Source: Dudresnaya verticillata
Taxonomy: Eukaryota
NCBI GenBank assembly: GCA_977862235.1
Contig: OZ374564.1
Coordinates: 496,001 to 560,000, forward strand
DNA: 64,000 nt
Direction: 5' to 3'
Under the pieces are notes generated by a model, which saw only the letters and a list, made by a program, of their open reading frames with translations, had not been told where the DNA came from and did no database searches. A program made the translations under genes and the position numbers. The first letter of the stretch is position 1, and each line of letters starts with the position of its first letter. Positions 63,462 through 64,000 of this stretch are shown here, in pieces.

Positions 63462-63810
63462 CCATCAGACCAGCCATCAGGAACCGGAGACGGTTCGGAC
63501 GGTGGATTTGACAGCCCAGCGAGCACCACCACGCCGCCTGGCCACATGGGAGGAAATCAGATCCTCACCCGCGCAAGCGGCCGCTTTGGCTCATGCCAAC
63601 CAGTCTGAGCTTCAGCGCCCTCGAGAGGTCGTGACCGAACGACTTGAAAGAGCGCGAGACGCTCCCCGACGCAATGCTTCCAAACCCAGCGTCATCCCAG
63701 ACCCAACAGGATCGACCAGCTCCATGGCCTTCGACATGACTCTTTTCGAGTCTCCCATCAAGCTATCAGCACCGATGGAGACGCCTACCAGCGTCACGCC
63801 CGCGGGCCGC

Positions 63811-64000
63811 GACGAGGAATTCGTCATCGAATCCATGCTCTCACATGGTGAGAATAACGATGGAGACCCGATGTTCAGGGTCAAGTTGTATGGCTACCCC
63901 GTCGCAGAGGCGACGTGGGAACCAGCCCACCACATTGACTATAATACTGTCACACGTTACTGTCGGCGGAAGAAACTCCGCATACCGGATCCTGCCCTTT
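63811..64000 (+). pseudogene. Chromodomain at the end of pol (not listed in the ORF track)
   Basis: Manual translation: DEEFVIESMLSH...MFRVKLYGYPVAEATWEPAHHI. Confidence 0.8.

Larger units (their letters stand above)
38173..64000 (+). mobile_element. Ty3/Gypsy chromovirus-type LTR retrotransposon; interrupted by a 21-kb insertion, internally deleted, 3' end outside the window
   Basis: Candidate 5' LTR, gag with CCHC knuckle, DTG protease, start of RT, C-terminal chromodomain. Confidence 0.85.

Overview
Eukaryotic nuclear DNA. Intron-poor GC-rich genes and short GT-AG introns suggest a red alga (inference, not verified). The left half (1-31 kb) holds host genes: a Cys-rich zinc-finger protein, 6-phosphogluconate dehydrogenase, a small secreted Cys-rich peptide, a BTB/POZ protein, ATP-phosphofructokinase, LSM14/Scd6, an SNF4/AMPK-gamma CBS protein, a CorA transporter and another secreted protein. 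The right half (32-64 kb) is a nest of mobile elements: a decayed CRE-like non-LTR retrotransposon with an 11-bp TSD, a TA-flanked MITE, and a chromodomain-bearing Ty3/Gypsy element whose gag is interrupted by a 21,067-bp DNA transposon (40804-61870; 547-bp TIRs; TTTG TSD). The giant element encodes a Sola-like/DUF7869-type transposase and a ParB-domain/beta-class DNA amino-methyltransferase fusion. A roughly 90-aa domain is shared between the methyltransferase C-terminus and the ORF in front of the transposase. The element also carries decayed fragments of four host genes (IDI, eIF3m, TMEM181-like/lipase-3, CDK5RAP3/C53). This methyltransferase-bearing, gene-capturing transposon is the best candidate for an undescribed system. 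All family assignments come from motif recognition by eye; no searches were run.
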